NCBI GenBank assembly: GCA_040756235.1
Contig: JBFLZG010000130.1
Location: 57,905 to 121,904, forward strand
Origin: a bacterium
Lineage (GTDB): Bacteria > Desulfobacterota > DSWW01
Length of the DNA stretch: 64,000 nt
Direction: 5' to 3'
A program made the translations under genes and the position numbers. Of this stretch, positions 52,818 through 62,501 are shown piece by piece. Under the pieces are notes generated by a model. The model ran no database searches, was not told the origin of the DNA, and saw only the letters and a list, made by a program, of their open reading frames with translations. How positions within the stretch are numbered: position 1 is the first letter of the stretch; each line of letters begins with the position of its first letter.

Positions 52818-53234
52818 ATGAGCTCCCGTTCAGCCAGCAATCATGACGGACGCGCGGATCAGACTTTCTCCAAAGAAGACCGGATCTTGTTGCGGTCCGA
52901 ATTTCTCGCGGCCACCCGGAAGGGGAGAAGAGTCTCGACCCGGTATTTTCTCGTCTTTTTGCGTTCCAACCGAAAAGGCCGGCCCCGCCTCGGCATCACG
53001 GTCAGCCGAAAGATCGGGAAAGCAGTCAAACGGAACTTCCTGAAGCGAAGGATCCGGGAGTTTTTTCGTGTGCACAAGGCGTACCTGCCGCGGGCGACGG
53101 ACATGGTCATCGTAGCCAAGAAAGGGATCCCGGAGCTGCCGTACCAGATCATCTGCAAGGATCTCGAGCGCTTCCTGAGGAGCCAGCCTTGCCCAGAAGC
53201 GGAGCCATCATCGGGAGAGCGGAAGAATTGCTGA
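52818..53234 (+). CDS. rnpA: Ribonuclease P protein component
   Basis: [25 protein letters not shown] (RNR motif); start approximate. Confidence 0.95.
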   Translation: MSSRSASNHDGRADQTFSKEDRILLRSEFLAATRKGRRVSTRYFLVFLRSNRKGRPRLGITVSRKIGKAVKRNFLKRRIREFFRVHKAYLPRATDMVIVAKKGIPELPYQIICKDLERFLRSQPCPEAEPSSGERKNC

Positions 53235-53440
53235 GGACCCTCCTCATCCTTGCTCTGAGATTCTATCAGACCTTCCTGTCACCTCTGCTGCCCCCTGCTT
53301 GCCGGTTCTATCCCTCCTGCTCCACCTATGCCGTGCAAGCGGTTCAGAGGTATGGCGCCTTCAAGGGCTCGTGGCTGGCGGCCAAGCGATTGGTCCGGTG
53401 TCACCCGTATCACCCGGGGGGAATCGATCCGGTGCCCTGA
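53228..53440 (+). CDS. yidD: Membrane protein insertion efficiency factor
   Basis: [21 protein letters not shown]. Confidence 0.95.
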   Translation: MLRTLLILALRFYQTFLSPLLPPACRFYPSCSTYAVQAVQRYGAFKGSWLAAKRLVRCHPYHPGGIDPVP

Positions 53441-53535
53441 CCCGGAGCCTGCGTGCATCCGGGCGGGCCCCGGCTGCCGGGGGGTTCCGGCAGAGCATCG
53501 GGTCCGGAGAGTTTCTTTCCTAAGAGGTTCTGTTC

Positions 53536-55236
53536 ATGGAGAAACGTTATCTGCTGGCGGTTGTCCTCTGTTTTCTGATCCTGTTCCTGTACCAGGAGCT
53601 CGTGAAAAGGACCCAAGCCCCGCCTCCTGCCGAACAGGAGGAGCTCTCCCGATCCCCGCAGCGCGAGCCGGCGCCTCCGCCCCCCCCGGGAGCCCCCTCG
53701 GCGCCCGCGAGCGTTCCGGAAGCCGCGGCGCAGGCGGAGCGGGGACCCGAGCCTGCCTGCAAGGAGGTGGTGGTCCATACGGAGCTCGTCCGTGCGGTCT
53801 TCTGCGCGCACAACGGCAGGCTCATGAGCTGGAAGCTCAAGAACTATCGGAAGCCGACTCGCGCCGGGTGCAGCCTCCGGGCGCTCCTCGGCAGGGGGGC
53901 GGAGGTGGATGCGGGCACCCGGCTCCCCGAGGAGAAGTGGGTGGAGATGGTGCACGTGTCGGACCCCGAGGAGTATCCCCTGGGCCTGCAGATCACGGGT
54001 CAGAACGAGACGACTCCGGTGCGCGAGATGCTCGAGCCGAGTCTCTCCTCCCTGAACCTTCAGCCGTCCAACGAACCAGCCCGGCTCTCCTTTTCCGGGA
54101 AGGACGCATCGGGGCGACAGGTTCGCAGAACCTACACCTTCCGCCCGGACGCTTACCTCCTGAATCTGGAAATCGAGATCGAGGGGGTCGATGAGCGGCT
54201 GAAGGACTCCGGCGCGGGACTGATGCTGACCGAAAGGATCCGGGGGGAGGACCGGGACCGCTATACCTTCTCCGGGTTCATGGGGGTGGTGAACGGCGCT
54301 CTCAAGAAGGAGAAGGACCTGAAAGAAGACGAGCGCCAGTACTTTTCGGGGGACGTGAGCTGGGAAGGCTTCTCCAGCAAGTACTTCCTGAGCTGCCTCA
54401 TCCCGGTCGACAACCCGGTCTCCAGCGTGAAGCTGGAGAAGCTCGACGGCGGCCCGGATCCGGATGAGGGCGGTCTGCTCGTTTCGACTCTGATCTACAG
54501 CTTCCAGGAACACCGGCAAGACGGCAGGGTGCGGTTCGCCTACGACCTCTACATCGGGCCCAAGGACCTCGACGTCTTGAAGCGGACCGGACACGCGCTC
54601 CAGCAGTCCATTGATCTGGGATGGTTCGGCTTCATCGCCAGACCTCTTCTGGCGGTGCTCAAGTTCTTCGACCGGTACACGCACAACTATGGGTTGGACA
54701 TCATCCTGCTGACCGTCATCATCAAGATTCTGTTCTATCCCCTCACCCACAAGCAGTACCAGTCCATGAAGGAAATGCAGAAGCTGCAGCCCAAGCTGCA
54801 GGCGCTGCGGGAGAAGTACAAAGGGGATCGGGAGAGGCTGAATAGGGAGATGATGGACTTCTACCGCAGCCACAAGGTCAATCCGCTGAGCGGGTGCTGG
54901 CCCTTGCTCCTGCAGATCCCGGTCTTCTTCGCCCTCTACAAGGCCCTGCTGAACTCGATCGAGCTGCGCCAGGCTCCCTTCGTGCTCTGGATCCACGACC
55001 TTTCCGAGAAGGACCCCTGCTACATCACGCCGATCGTGATGGGAGTCACCATGTTCGTCCAGCAGAAGATGAGCCCCGCGGTCGGCGACCCGAATCAGCA
55101 GAAGATCATGATGCTCATGCCGCTGATTTTCACCGTGATGTTTCTCAACTTTCCGTCGGGGCTGGTCCTGTACTGGCTCGTCAACAACGTCTTGTCCATC
55201 GGCCAGCAGTATGTCACGCAGAACTGGAAGAAGTAA
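53536..55236 (+). CDS. yidC: Membrane protein insertase YidC
   Basis: YIGPK, IDLGWFG, NPLSGCWP, PSGLVLYWLVNN. Confidence 0.97.
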   Translation: MEKRYLLAVVLCFLILFLYQELVKRTQAPPPAEQEELSRSPQREPAPPPPPGAPSAPASVPEAAAQAERGPEPACKEVVVHTELVRAVFCAHNGRLMSWKLKNYRKPTRAGCSLRALLGRGAEVDAGTRLPEEKWVEMVHVSDPEEYPLGLQITGQNETTPVREMLEPSLSSLNLQPSNEPARLSFSGKDASGRQVRRTYTFRPDAYLLNLEIEIEGVDERLKDSGAGLMLTERIRGEDRDRYTFSGFMGVVNGALKKEKDLKEDERQYFSGDVSWEGFSSKYFLSCLIPVDNPVSSVKLEKLDGGPDPDEGGLLVSTLIYSFQEHRQDGRVRFAYDLYIGPKDLDVLKRTGHALQQSIDLGWFGFIARPLLAVLKFFDRYTHNYGLDIILLTVIIKILFYPLTHKQYQSMKEMQKLQPKLQALREKYKGDRERLNREMMDFYRSHKVNPLSGCWPLLLQIPVFFALYKALLNSIELRQAPFVLWIHDLSEKDPCYITPIVMGVTMFVQQKMSPAVGDPNQQKIMMLMPLIFTVMFLNFPSGLVLYWLVNNVLSIGQQYVTQNWKK

Positions 55237-55256
55237 TTTCAGCTTGGAGGGATTCC

Positions 55257-56027
55257 ATGCGGTTCGTCGAAGTCGAAGGGAAGAGCAGAGAAGACGCCCT
55301 GGGAAAAGCTGCCCGGGAGCTGGGCGTGCCGGTAGAGGACATCGGAATCGAAATTCTCTCGGACGGCTCCCGCGGGTTCTTCGGCCTCATGGGTGCGAGG
55401 AAGGTGAAGATCCGGGCCTGGTCGAAACAGGACCTCGAGGAAGAGCATGAGGAAATCGGGGTGAGGCCGGAGGAGGGGAAAGAGGAAGACGAGGTCGACG
55501 AGGCGCCGGTCGCTCTCCGGAAAGGTCCGGCGAAGCCCTGCGCGGAGGAGGCCCAGCAGGTGTTGCAGGACATGCTGCCGTGGCTTTCAGAGCAAGCCAG
55601 GGTCGAGGTCAAGGAAGAGACTGTCGAGCGGGTGCTGCTGGAGATCCATGGCGACCGGACCGGCCTGTTGATCGGCAAACGGGGACAGACGCTCGACGCG
55701 CTGCAGTACCTCGTCAACAAGATCGTGAACCGCTCTCCGGAAGGAGGCAAACGGATCGAAGTGGACATGGAGCAATACCGGAAACGCCGGGAGCAGTCCC
55801 TTCGGAACATGGCCCTGCGGCTCGGAGAGAAGGCCAAAAAGAAGAAGAAGCCGATCACCATCGAGGCGATGAACGCCCACGACCGGCGCATCATCCATCT
55901 TACACTGAAGGACGACGAGGCTCTGGAGACCAAGAGTGTGGGAAAGGGAGAGATGCGCAAGCTGGTGATCCATCCTCTGAACCCATCGAGGCCTGGGCGG
56001 CATGAGGGCTCCGGCACTCCCGCGTGA
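55257..56027 (+). CDS. jag: RNA-binding protein Jag/KhpB/EloR
   Basis: Jag_N, KH LLIGKRGQTLDALQY, R3H DRRIIH; GGAGG RBS. Confidence 0.95.
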   Translation: MRFVEVEGKSREDALGKAARELGVPVEDIGIEILSDGSRGFFGLMGARKVKIRAWSKQDLEEEHEEIGVRPEEGKEEDEVDEAPVALRKGPAKPCAEEAQQVLQDMLPWLSEQARVEVKEETVERVLLEIHGDRTGLLIGKRGQTLDALQYLVNKIVNRSPEGGKRIEVDMEQYRKRREQSLRNMALRLGEKAKKKKKPITIEAMNAHDRRIIHLTLKDDEALETKSVGKGEMRKLVIHPLNPSRPGRHEGSGTPA

Positions 56028-57402
56028 CGGCGATACCATCGCGGCGGTCTCCACCCCCTGCGGCGTGGGAGGCATCGGCATCGTCAGGATCACCGGGCCC
56101 GATGCGGAGCGCGTAGGGCGCGCGCTGTTTCGGCCCCGCAAGCCTCTGGAAAGCCTCCGCTCCCGCCATTTCCACTACGGACACATCCTGGACCCGGTTG
56201 AGGGAGGGACCATCGACGAGGTCCTGCTGGTCCTGATGCGCGCGCCGGCCACCTATACCCGTGAGGACGTGGTGGAGATCCATTGCCACGGGGGGCCCCT
56301 GCCGGTCCGGAGGATCCTGGAGGCGGCCCTCTCCCTGGGAGTGCGGCTTGCCGATCCGGGCGAGTTCACGCGGCGCGCCTTCCTGAACGGCAGGATCGAC
56401 CTGGCACAGGCCGAGGCGGTCCTGGACACCGTCAACGCCAAGACCGAGACCGCCCTGCGCTTCGCCCAGAACCAGCTTTCAGGAAACCTGTCGCGCGAGA
56501 TCCTGCGCATCCGGGAAGATGCGAGGGCCCTCCTGGTCGAGATCGAAGCCTGGCTCGATTTCCCCGAGGAAGACCTCCCGAGCCCCTCCTTCGGCGTCGT
56601 CCGGGAGCGGCTCGAGGGCCTGATCTCATCTCTTCAAACACTGCTGGGCACTTACTCCGAAGGCCGCCTGCACCGGGACGGGGCGACCCTGGTGATCGGC
56701 GGCGGCCCCAACGTGGGCAAGTCCACCCTGCTCAATGCCTTCCTGGGGGAGGAGCGGGCCATCGTGAGCCCGGTGCCGGGCACCACGCGCGATTACCTGG
56801 AGGAGCTCGCGCTTCTGGAGGGCCTGCCGGTGCGGCTGGTGGACACGGCCGGCCTGCGCGACGCCCGGGAGGAGATCGAGGCCCAGGGGGTCGAACGGGC
56901 GCGGCGCAAGATCGCGGCGGCGGACCTTTTCCTCTGCCTCGTGGATGCGTCGGCCTTCGAAGTCCGGGATTGGGCGGGCGTGCCGCCCGAGGGCGATGCC
57001 GCCAGGACCCTGCTGGTGGTGAACAAGTGCGATCTGGCGACTACGGAACGCCTGGAAACGATCCTCGGGGCGGTCCGGCCTTTCCCGGCCGTCTGCGTCT
57101 CGGCGCGCTACGGGCACGGGATGGACGGCTTGCGCAAGGCGATTGCGGACCGGCTGCTGCGCAAGGAGGCGGATCTGGACTCCAGGGCCGTGGTGACGAA
57201 TCTCAGGCACCAGCAGTCTCTGCAGCGATGTGTGGACGCTCTGCGCGAGGCAGAGATCCAGGCGGCGCGACAGGCGCCCTTGGGGGACGTGCTGGCTTCC
57301 GATCTGCGCAGGGCGGTCCGGGCACTGGGAGAGATCGTGGGCGAGACCACGCCTGAAGAGATCCTGCGGCGGATCTTCGATGCTTTCTGCATCGGCAAGT
57401 AA
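56002..57402 (+). CDS. mnmE: tRNA modification GTPase MnmE
   Basis: DTIAAVST, GEFTRRAFLNG, G.PNVGKS, GTTRD, DTAG, terminal FCIGK. Confidence 0.97.
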   Translation: MRAPALPRDGDTIAAVSTPCGVGGIGIVRITGPDAERVGRALFRPRKPLESLRSRHFHYGHILDPVEGGTIDEVLLVLMRAPATYTREDVVEIHCHGGPLPVRRILEAALSLGVRLADPGEFTRRAFLNGRIDLAQAEAVLDTVNAKTETALRFAQNQLSGNLSREILRIREDARALLVEIEAWLDFPEEDLPSPSFGVVRERLEGLISSLQTLLGTYSEGRLHRDGATLVIGGGPNVGKSTLLNAFLGEERAIVSPVPGTTRDYLEELALLEGLPVRLVDTAGLRDAREEIEAQGVERARRKIAAADLFLCLVDASAFEVRDWAGVPPEGDAARTLLVVNKCDLATTERLETILGAVRPFPAVCVSARYGHGMDGLRKAIADRLLRKEADLDSRAVVTNLRHQQSLQRCVDALREAEIQAARQAPLGDVLASDLRRAVRALGEIVGETTPEEILRRIFDAFCIGK

Positions 57403-57451
57403 CGGGTCCTGAATCGGGGCGGGCGCGCGTTCGCCCCTGTCGGACGAGAAG

Positions 57452-59326
57452 ATGACCTCGGATGCGGACCTCTACGACGTGATCGTGATCGGCGCAGGCC
57501 ACGCGGGCTGCGAGGCGGCGCTGGCCGCGGCCCGCATGGGCTGCTCCACCCTGGTCCTGACCGCCAATCTGGACCTCGTGGCCTACATGTCGTGCAACCC
57601 GGCGATCGGAGGCCTTGCCAAGGGGCAGCTGGTGCGGGAGATTGATGCCCTCGGGGGCGAGATGGCCAAGGCGACCGACCGGACGGGCATCCAGTTCCGG
57701 CTCCTGAACCGGAGGAAGGGGCCGGCCGTGCGCTCTTCGCGTGCCCAGGCGGATCGGGACGGTTACAGACGGTATATGAAGAGGGCGCTCGAAGAACAGG
57801 AGCGGCTCCACCTCAGGCAAGGGATCGCCGAGAGGATCGTGGTCGAGAAGGGACGTGCCTGCGGGGTCGAAACCCACTACGGCGTGCAGCTCCGGTCCAA
57901 GGCCGTCATCGTGACGACCGGCACCTTCCTGCGCGGCCTCATGCACGTCGGGCTGAGCCGACAGCCGGGCGGCCGGGCCGGAGATTTTGCGGCCGTAGGC
58001 CTCTCGGAGAGCCTGGAGGGGCTGGGCATTCGACTGGGCCGGCTCAAGACCGGCACCACCCCCAGGCTCGACGGCCGGACCATCGATTTCGACGGCCTGG
58101 AGGTCCAGCCCGGGGACGCGGACCCCAGACCCTTCTCCTTCTCTACGCCTCGCATCACCCGGCCCCAGGTGCCTTGCCACATTACCTACACGAACGAGCG
58201 GACCCATGAGGCGATCCGTTCCGGTCTGGACCGGTCGCCCCTGTTCACGGGCGTGATCAAGGGGGTCGGCCCCCGCTATTGCCCGTCAGTGGAGGACAAG
58301 GTCGTCCGCTTCCCGGAGAAGGTCCGACACCAGGTCTTCCTCGAGCCCGAAGGTCTGGAGACGCGCGAGATCTACCCCAACGGGCTGGCCACCAGTCTGC
58401 CGGCAGACGTCCAGCTCTCCCTGCTGAGGACGATCCCCGGGCTGGAGCGGGTGGAAATCATGCGGCCCGGCTACGCCGTGGAGTATGACTTCGCGGATCC
58501 CACGCAGCTCGCCCCGTCCCTCGAGGTCAAGACGATTCCCCACCTGTTCTTCGCGGGCCAGATCAACGGCACCTCCGGGTACGAGGAAGCGGCTGCCCAG
58601 GGCATCATGGCGGGTATCAACGCGGTGGCCAGGATCCGGGGCGAGCCTCCCCTCGTGCTCGACCGGTCCGAGGCCTACATCGGCGTCCTCGTGGACGACC
58701 TGGTGACGCTCGGCACCTCCGAGCCCTACCGGATGTTCACGTCCCGCGCCGAATACCGGCTGCTCCTGAGAGAGGACAATGCGGACCTGCGCCTGTGCGA
58801 GAAGGGGTACGACCGCGGGCTGCTGCCGAAGGCCCGGTTCGATGCGTGTCAGGAGAAGAAGCGAGCGGTCCGGGAGCTGCTGGAGCGGCTCGAACGCTCG
58901 AAGCTTGCGCCCGATCCTGCCACGGCCCTGCTGCTCCGCGACCTGGGGCTGGAGCCGATCCGGCAGCCTACGGACCTCAAGCAGCTCCTGCGCCGGCCTT
59001 CGGTCACCTTCCTTCACCTGGCGCATTTCGGGGTTCCGATCGCAAGGTTCGACCGGCAGGTCCTGGAACAGGTGGAGATCCAGGCAAAGTACGAAAGCTA
59101 CATCCAGCGCGAGTTCGAAGAAGTGGAGCGGTTCCGCAAGCTCGAGCACGTCTCGATTCCCCGGGATCTCGATTTCCGCTCGCTCTGCGGTCTGTCGCAC
59201 GAGGTTCAGGAGAAGCTGGAACGGGTCCGGCCGATCAGCCTCGGACAGGCGTCCAGGATTCCGGGCGTCACTCCGGCAGCCATGACGAACCTCGTGATTC
59301 ACCTGAAGCGGATGGGGGCGCTGTGA
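57452..59326 (+). CDS. mnmG: tRNA uridine 5-carboxymethylaminomethyl modification enzyme MnmG (GidA)
   Basis: GAGHAGCEAA, MSCNPAIGG, GPRYCPS, GQINGTSGYEEAAAQG. Confidence 0.98.
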   Translation: MTSDADLYDVIVIGAGHAGCEAALAAARMGCSTLVLTANLDLVAYMSCNPAIGGLAKGQLVREIDALGGEMAKATDRTGIQFRLLNRRKGPAVRSSRAQADRDGYRRYMKRALEEQERLHLRQGIAERIVVEKGRACGVETHYGVQLRSKAVIVTTGTFLRGLMHVGLSRQPGGRAGDFAAVGLSESLEGLGIRLGRLKTGTTPRLDGRTIDFDGLEVQPGDADPRPFSFSTPRITRPQVPCHITYTNERTHEAIRSGLDRSPLFTGVIKGVGPRYCPSVEDKVVRFPEKVRHQVFLEPEGLETREIYPNGLATSLPADVQLSLLRTIPGLERVEIMRPGYAVEYDFADPTQLAPSLEVKTIPHLFFAGQINGTSGYEEAAAQGIMAGINAVARIRGEPPLVLDRSEAYIGVLVDDLVTLGTSEPYRMFTSRAEYRLLLREDNADLRLCEKGYDRGLLPKARFDACQEKKRAVRELLERLERSKLAPDPATALLLRDLGLEPIRQPTDLKQLLRRPSVTFLHLAHFGVPIARFDRQVLEQVEIQAKYESYIQREFEEVERFRKLEHVSIPRDLDFRSLCGLSHEVQEKLERVRPISLGQASRIPGVTPAAMTNLVIHLKRMGAL

Positions 59327-59352
59327 GCAGGATCCGGGTGTCAGGACGCTCC

Positions 59353-59919
59353 TCAGGGAGCGCCGGACCCCTCCTCGACCAGGATCTTCTCGTAAAACGG
59401 CTGCCCGTGGCGCATGTCGTGACTGTGGCAGTCCTTGCAGGGTTGCTCCAATGGAAAGTTGATGAGCAGCCGGTGCGTGTCGTTCTGCTCCAGCGGGCTG
59501 TGACCCGGGGCGCTCTTGCATGCGAAGCACCGGTGATTGGGCACGAGGCTGTAATACGCCGGGTCCCTCTGGCTGTCCATGTAGATGGGCGCAGCGGGCG
59601 GACGGATGGGTTCGGCGGCGCTCCTCGTCCAGTGCTTCAAGAGGAAGGAAAAGGCCGCCCGGTTGATTTGAAGGGGTCGCACAGACCCGGGATCGAAGTG
59701 GCAATCCGCGCAGATCTCGTGATGCTCCGCAGCACCGGAAGCCCGCCACCGCTTCACCGGGTCCTCCACCTCATGGCAGACGGTACACGCCCGGCCCGGG
59801 GGGGTGGTGAAGATGCGATGGACCAGGAAGGGAACGGCGACGAGCAGAAGCAGCAGGCCGCTCGCGGCCGGCTTGACCCACGCGCTGCGTGAGCCGAAGG
59901 AGTCTCTTGGGTGTGACAC
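59353..59919 (-). CDS. Membrane-anchored multiheme c-type cytochrome (3 CxxCH + 1 CxxCK)
   Basis: N-terminal TM; CTVCH, CADCH, CFACK, CKDCH; AAGGAGG RBS and GTG start. Confidence 0.85.
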   Translation of the reverse strand: MSHPRDSFGSRSAWVKPAASGLLLLLVAVPFLVHRIFTTPPGRACTVCHEVEDPVKRWRASGAAEHHEICADCHFDPGSVRPLQINRAAFSFLLKHWTRSAAEPIRPPAAPIYMDSQRDPAYYSLVPNHRCFACKSAPGHSPLEQNDTHRLLINFPLEQPCKDCHSHDMRHGQPFYEKILVEEGSGAP

Positions 59920-60123
59920 TGCATCCTCCTTGCTGGTTCTTGGAAAGGCCGCGTCCGCTGCACCCGCCCGTCACTGGCCGTGCAGCGCCTCGGACCGGCC
60001 GACCTGGTGAGCCTTTGCCGGATGGGTTCGGCCCGTCCGCGATGGCAGAATAGCCGACCGGAGGGAGCTCTTCTTTGATCTGGATCAAGTCATCGGTGAT
60101 TTTGGGCTCTTTCGAGGGTCTCC

Positions 60124-60348
60124 ATGGAATCGGATGAGACAGCCTCGAAGTGCCGGTACCATCCGGATGAGCCCGCGGTCGCGGTGTGCAGGAAATTCGG
60201 CTACGGGTACTGCGCCCGATGCTGCGGGCTGGAAGGCGGGGAAGCACGCTGCGCCTGCACCTCTCCCCGGGTGCACTGCGAAAGCCGGCAGGCGTGCATC
60301 GTGCATCACCTGCGCAGGAAAAAGAAGATCGGCCCTCGGGTCGTATAG
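60124..60348 (+). CDS. Small Cys/His-rich zinc-finger (B-box-like) protein
   Basis: CRYHP...AVAVC...YCARCC...CAC...HC...AC..HH; basic tail. Confidence 0.7.
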   Translation: MESDETASKCRYHPDEPAVAVCRKFGYGYCARCCGLEGGEARCACTSPRVHCESRQACIVHHLRRKKKIGPRVV

Positions 60349-60452
60349 CCGCGTGCCGGAGCGCGATCAAACGACGGGCAAGGGAGCCGTGACTCGGGGC
60401 GACGCCCGCGCGCCGCCGCCCCGGCCACCCGCCGCCAGCACGCCGTCCCCCA

Positions 60453-61697
60453 TCAGTTGGTCTTCATGAAGTACCGGGGCCCCTGGAATTCGTAAGCCTG
60501 ACTCCCGGCGTCCGCGCCCACGACGATCCACCCGGACCACATCCACGGCTTCGTGTAGGTCCACAGGACCGCGGGGAGTTGTACCGAGCTCTGATCGGTC
60601 CATCCCAGGGGAATGGTCAGGTAGCCGGTCTGGCCGTACAGGGGCAGGAACAGGATCGGCAAGAACCAGTCGTAGGAGCCCGGGGTCCATTGGAAGGTGG
60701 GGGCTCCGGTGAGGAGGTCTCCGTTCCCGGGCTCCAGGAGCTGAAAGGGGGCCTCGGCGCCATAGGTGGCGTACACGGCTTCGCAGGCTACCCGGGCGGC
60801 GCGGTAGGAGATCCGCATGTAACCGTCTTCCCCCCATTCCGGCCCCCAGCTGTTCCTCAGGATCCAGGCCTGGTCCGCGTCGTTCCAGCCGACGAGCATG
60901 ATGGCGTGATTGGTGGGCGTGTAGTAGCAGGGACTGCTGTAGCAGTATTGGTTTGCGTCATTGAACACGCCGCCGCCGTAAGCCATGAAGGCGTCCGTGG
61001 CCTGCACCGCCGCGTTGACGGGTCCGTAGGTGAGGATCGCGGTCTTGATCGCGTCGACGTTGTTGCAGGGAAGGCGGCCCCAGCCCGCGAGCTTCACTTC
61101 GGTCGCCGGCTGGGCGCAGGCGGCGCCGCAATCCGAGGTCTGGCCCTCATCGTACGGGAAACACGCCTCGTCCACGACGCCGTGGTCCACCAGCGCCTGC
61201 ATTTCGTCGTAATCGTACGAAGCCCCGTCGCAGCCGTAAAAGCCCTCATAGTACTGGGAGAGGCAGAACATGAGGTAGGACTCGGAGAGATTCAGATCGA
61301 CGTCCGGCAGCCCCGCGGCGATCCGATACAGACTCTCGGCCACGCCGACCGCCGAAAAGGCATAGCAGGAGCCGCACGAACCCTGGTTCCGGACCGGCGC
61401 CACATAAGAATGGCCGTCGGTGTTCCTCCAGTCGAACGCTGCAGGCAGGGCCGACCTGGGCAACACCGTGCCGCGGTAGAAAGGGATCTCCTTTCCCTGG
61501 CCCGCCCGCTTCTCCCCGAAGAGCGCCCGCTTCGCCTCGTCCGGCAGGTCGTAAACCCAGTTGTGCTCTACCGTATAGCTCCAGCCGTTCTGCCGGATTT
61601 CCTCCCGGATCTCCTGAAGGGGCCGCTTGGCCCACGCGCTGGTGGTGGTCAACAGCAAGACGGCGATGAGGGCGCACGACAGCAGTTGCCTTTTCAT
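60453..61697 (-). CDS. Secreted papain-family (C1A) cysteine peptidase
   Basis: Signal peptide, LPAAFDWR, QGSCGSCYAF, NHAI, RNSWG.EWGEDGY. Confidence 0.94.
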   Translation of the reverse strand: MKRQLLSCALIAVLLLTTTSAWAKRPLQEIREEIRQNGWSYTVEHNWVYDLPDEAKRALFGEKRAGQGKEIPFYRGTVLPRSALPAAFDWRNTDGHSYVAPVRNQGSCGSCYAFSAVGVAESLYRIAAGLPDVDLNLSESYLMFCLSQYYEGFYGCDGASYDYDEMQALVDHGVVDEACFPYDEGQTSDCGAACAQPATEVKLAGWGRLPCNNVDAIKTAILTYGPVNAAVQATDAFMAYGGGVFNDANQYCYSSPCYYTPTNHAIMLVGWNDADQAWILRNSWGPEWGEDGYMRISYRAARVACEAVYATYGAEAPFQLLEPGNGDLLTGAPTFQWTPGSYDWFLPILFLPLYGQTGYLTIPLGWTDQSSVQLPAVLWTYTKPWMWSGWIVVGADAGSQAYEFQGPRYFMKTN

Positions 61698-61731
61698 GTT
61701 GCGTTTCCTTTCTGAGCGCGCGGGCAAAAGT

Positions 61732-62322
61732 TCAGTCGACTCTCAGGACCTCTTCAGGGGTCTCGAATTCGGCCTGATAGGCGTGCACCACCGCCAGTGC
61801 TTGCAGCGGAAAGATCACGAAATGGAGCAGACCGAAAGGGGCGAAGACGGCGGCAAGGGCATGCACGATCAGAGGAGGCAGGAAGAAGACCACGACGAGG
61901 AATCCCAGATGAGGGAAGAAACCTCCGGCCTGGGTTACGCGCGCCTTGCTGGCCTCCATGGCTTCGCGGTACCCCGTCTTGCGATCGACCATGAGGATCA
62001 GGGCGTACATCCACCAGGTGCTGAAGATCACGCCCGGAACGATGAAGAGGAAAAATCCGAGCAAAACGAGGATCAGGATGACGAAGAAGAAGAACAGATT
62101 GCCAAACTCCTGGAAGCCATAGGCAAGGTCTCCCAGTTGCGGCGACTTGCCCGTGCGGATGTGGAGCAGGGCCATGCGCACGAAACCGCCCATGAGGGGG
62201 CCGGCGAGGAGGCCCAGGGTGACGCCGCTGAGGAAGGAAACAATGATTCCGGCAACGAGATAGATGAGGATTTCACCGGAGAAAGTTCGAATCGCGCTCT
62301 GGATGTGCCGCTGGATGTCCAT
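61732..62322 (-). CDS. Uncharacterised multi-pass membrane protein (DUF975-like)
   Basis: Several TM helices, GPLMGG, LFIVPG, AMEAS; AGGAGG RBS. Confidence 0.8.
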   Translation of the reverse strand: MDIQRHIQSAIRTFSGEILIYLVAGIIVSFLSGVTLGLLAGPLMGGFVRMALLHIRTGKSPQLGDLAYGFQEFGNLFFFFVILILVLLGFFLFIVPGVIFSTWWMYALILMVDRKTGYREAMEASKARVTQAGGFFPHLGFLVVVFFLPPLIVHALAAVFAPFGLLHFVIFPLQALAVVHAYQAEFETPEEVLRVD

Positions 62323-62501
62323 GACGCAGGCCTCCTGTGCCTTGAAGCGTTTATCGGCAAAAAGCCCCTGGAAAATGAGCGCTCGCCGCTCTCGCTTCCA
62401 GATGTTATTTTTAATAAAATGAAAACACAACCGGTCACGGGGCTGTCCGAGTGCCGCCCGTGGGCGCTGTCGGCGGCCTCTGCAGGAGGAGGGTCCCGGA
62501 G

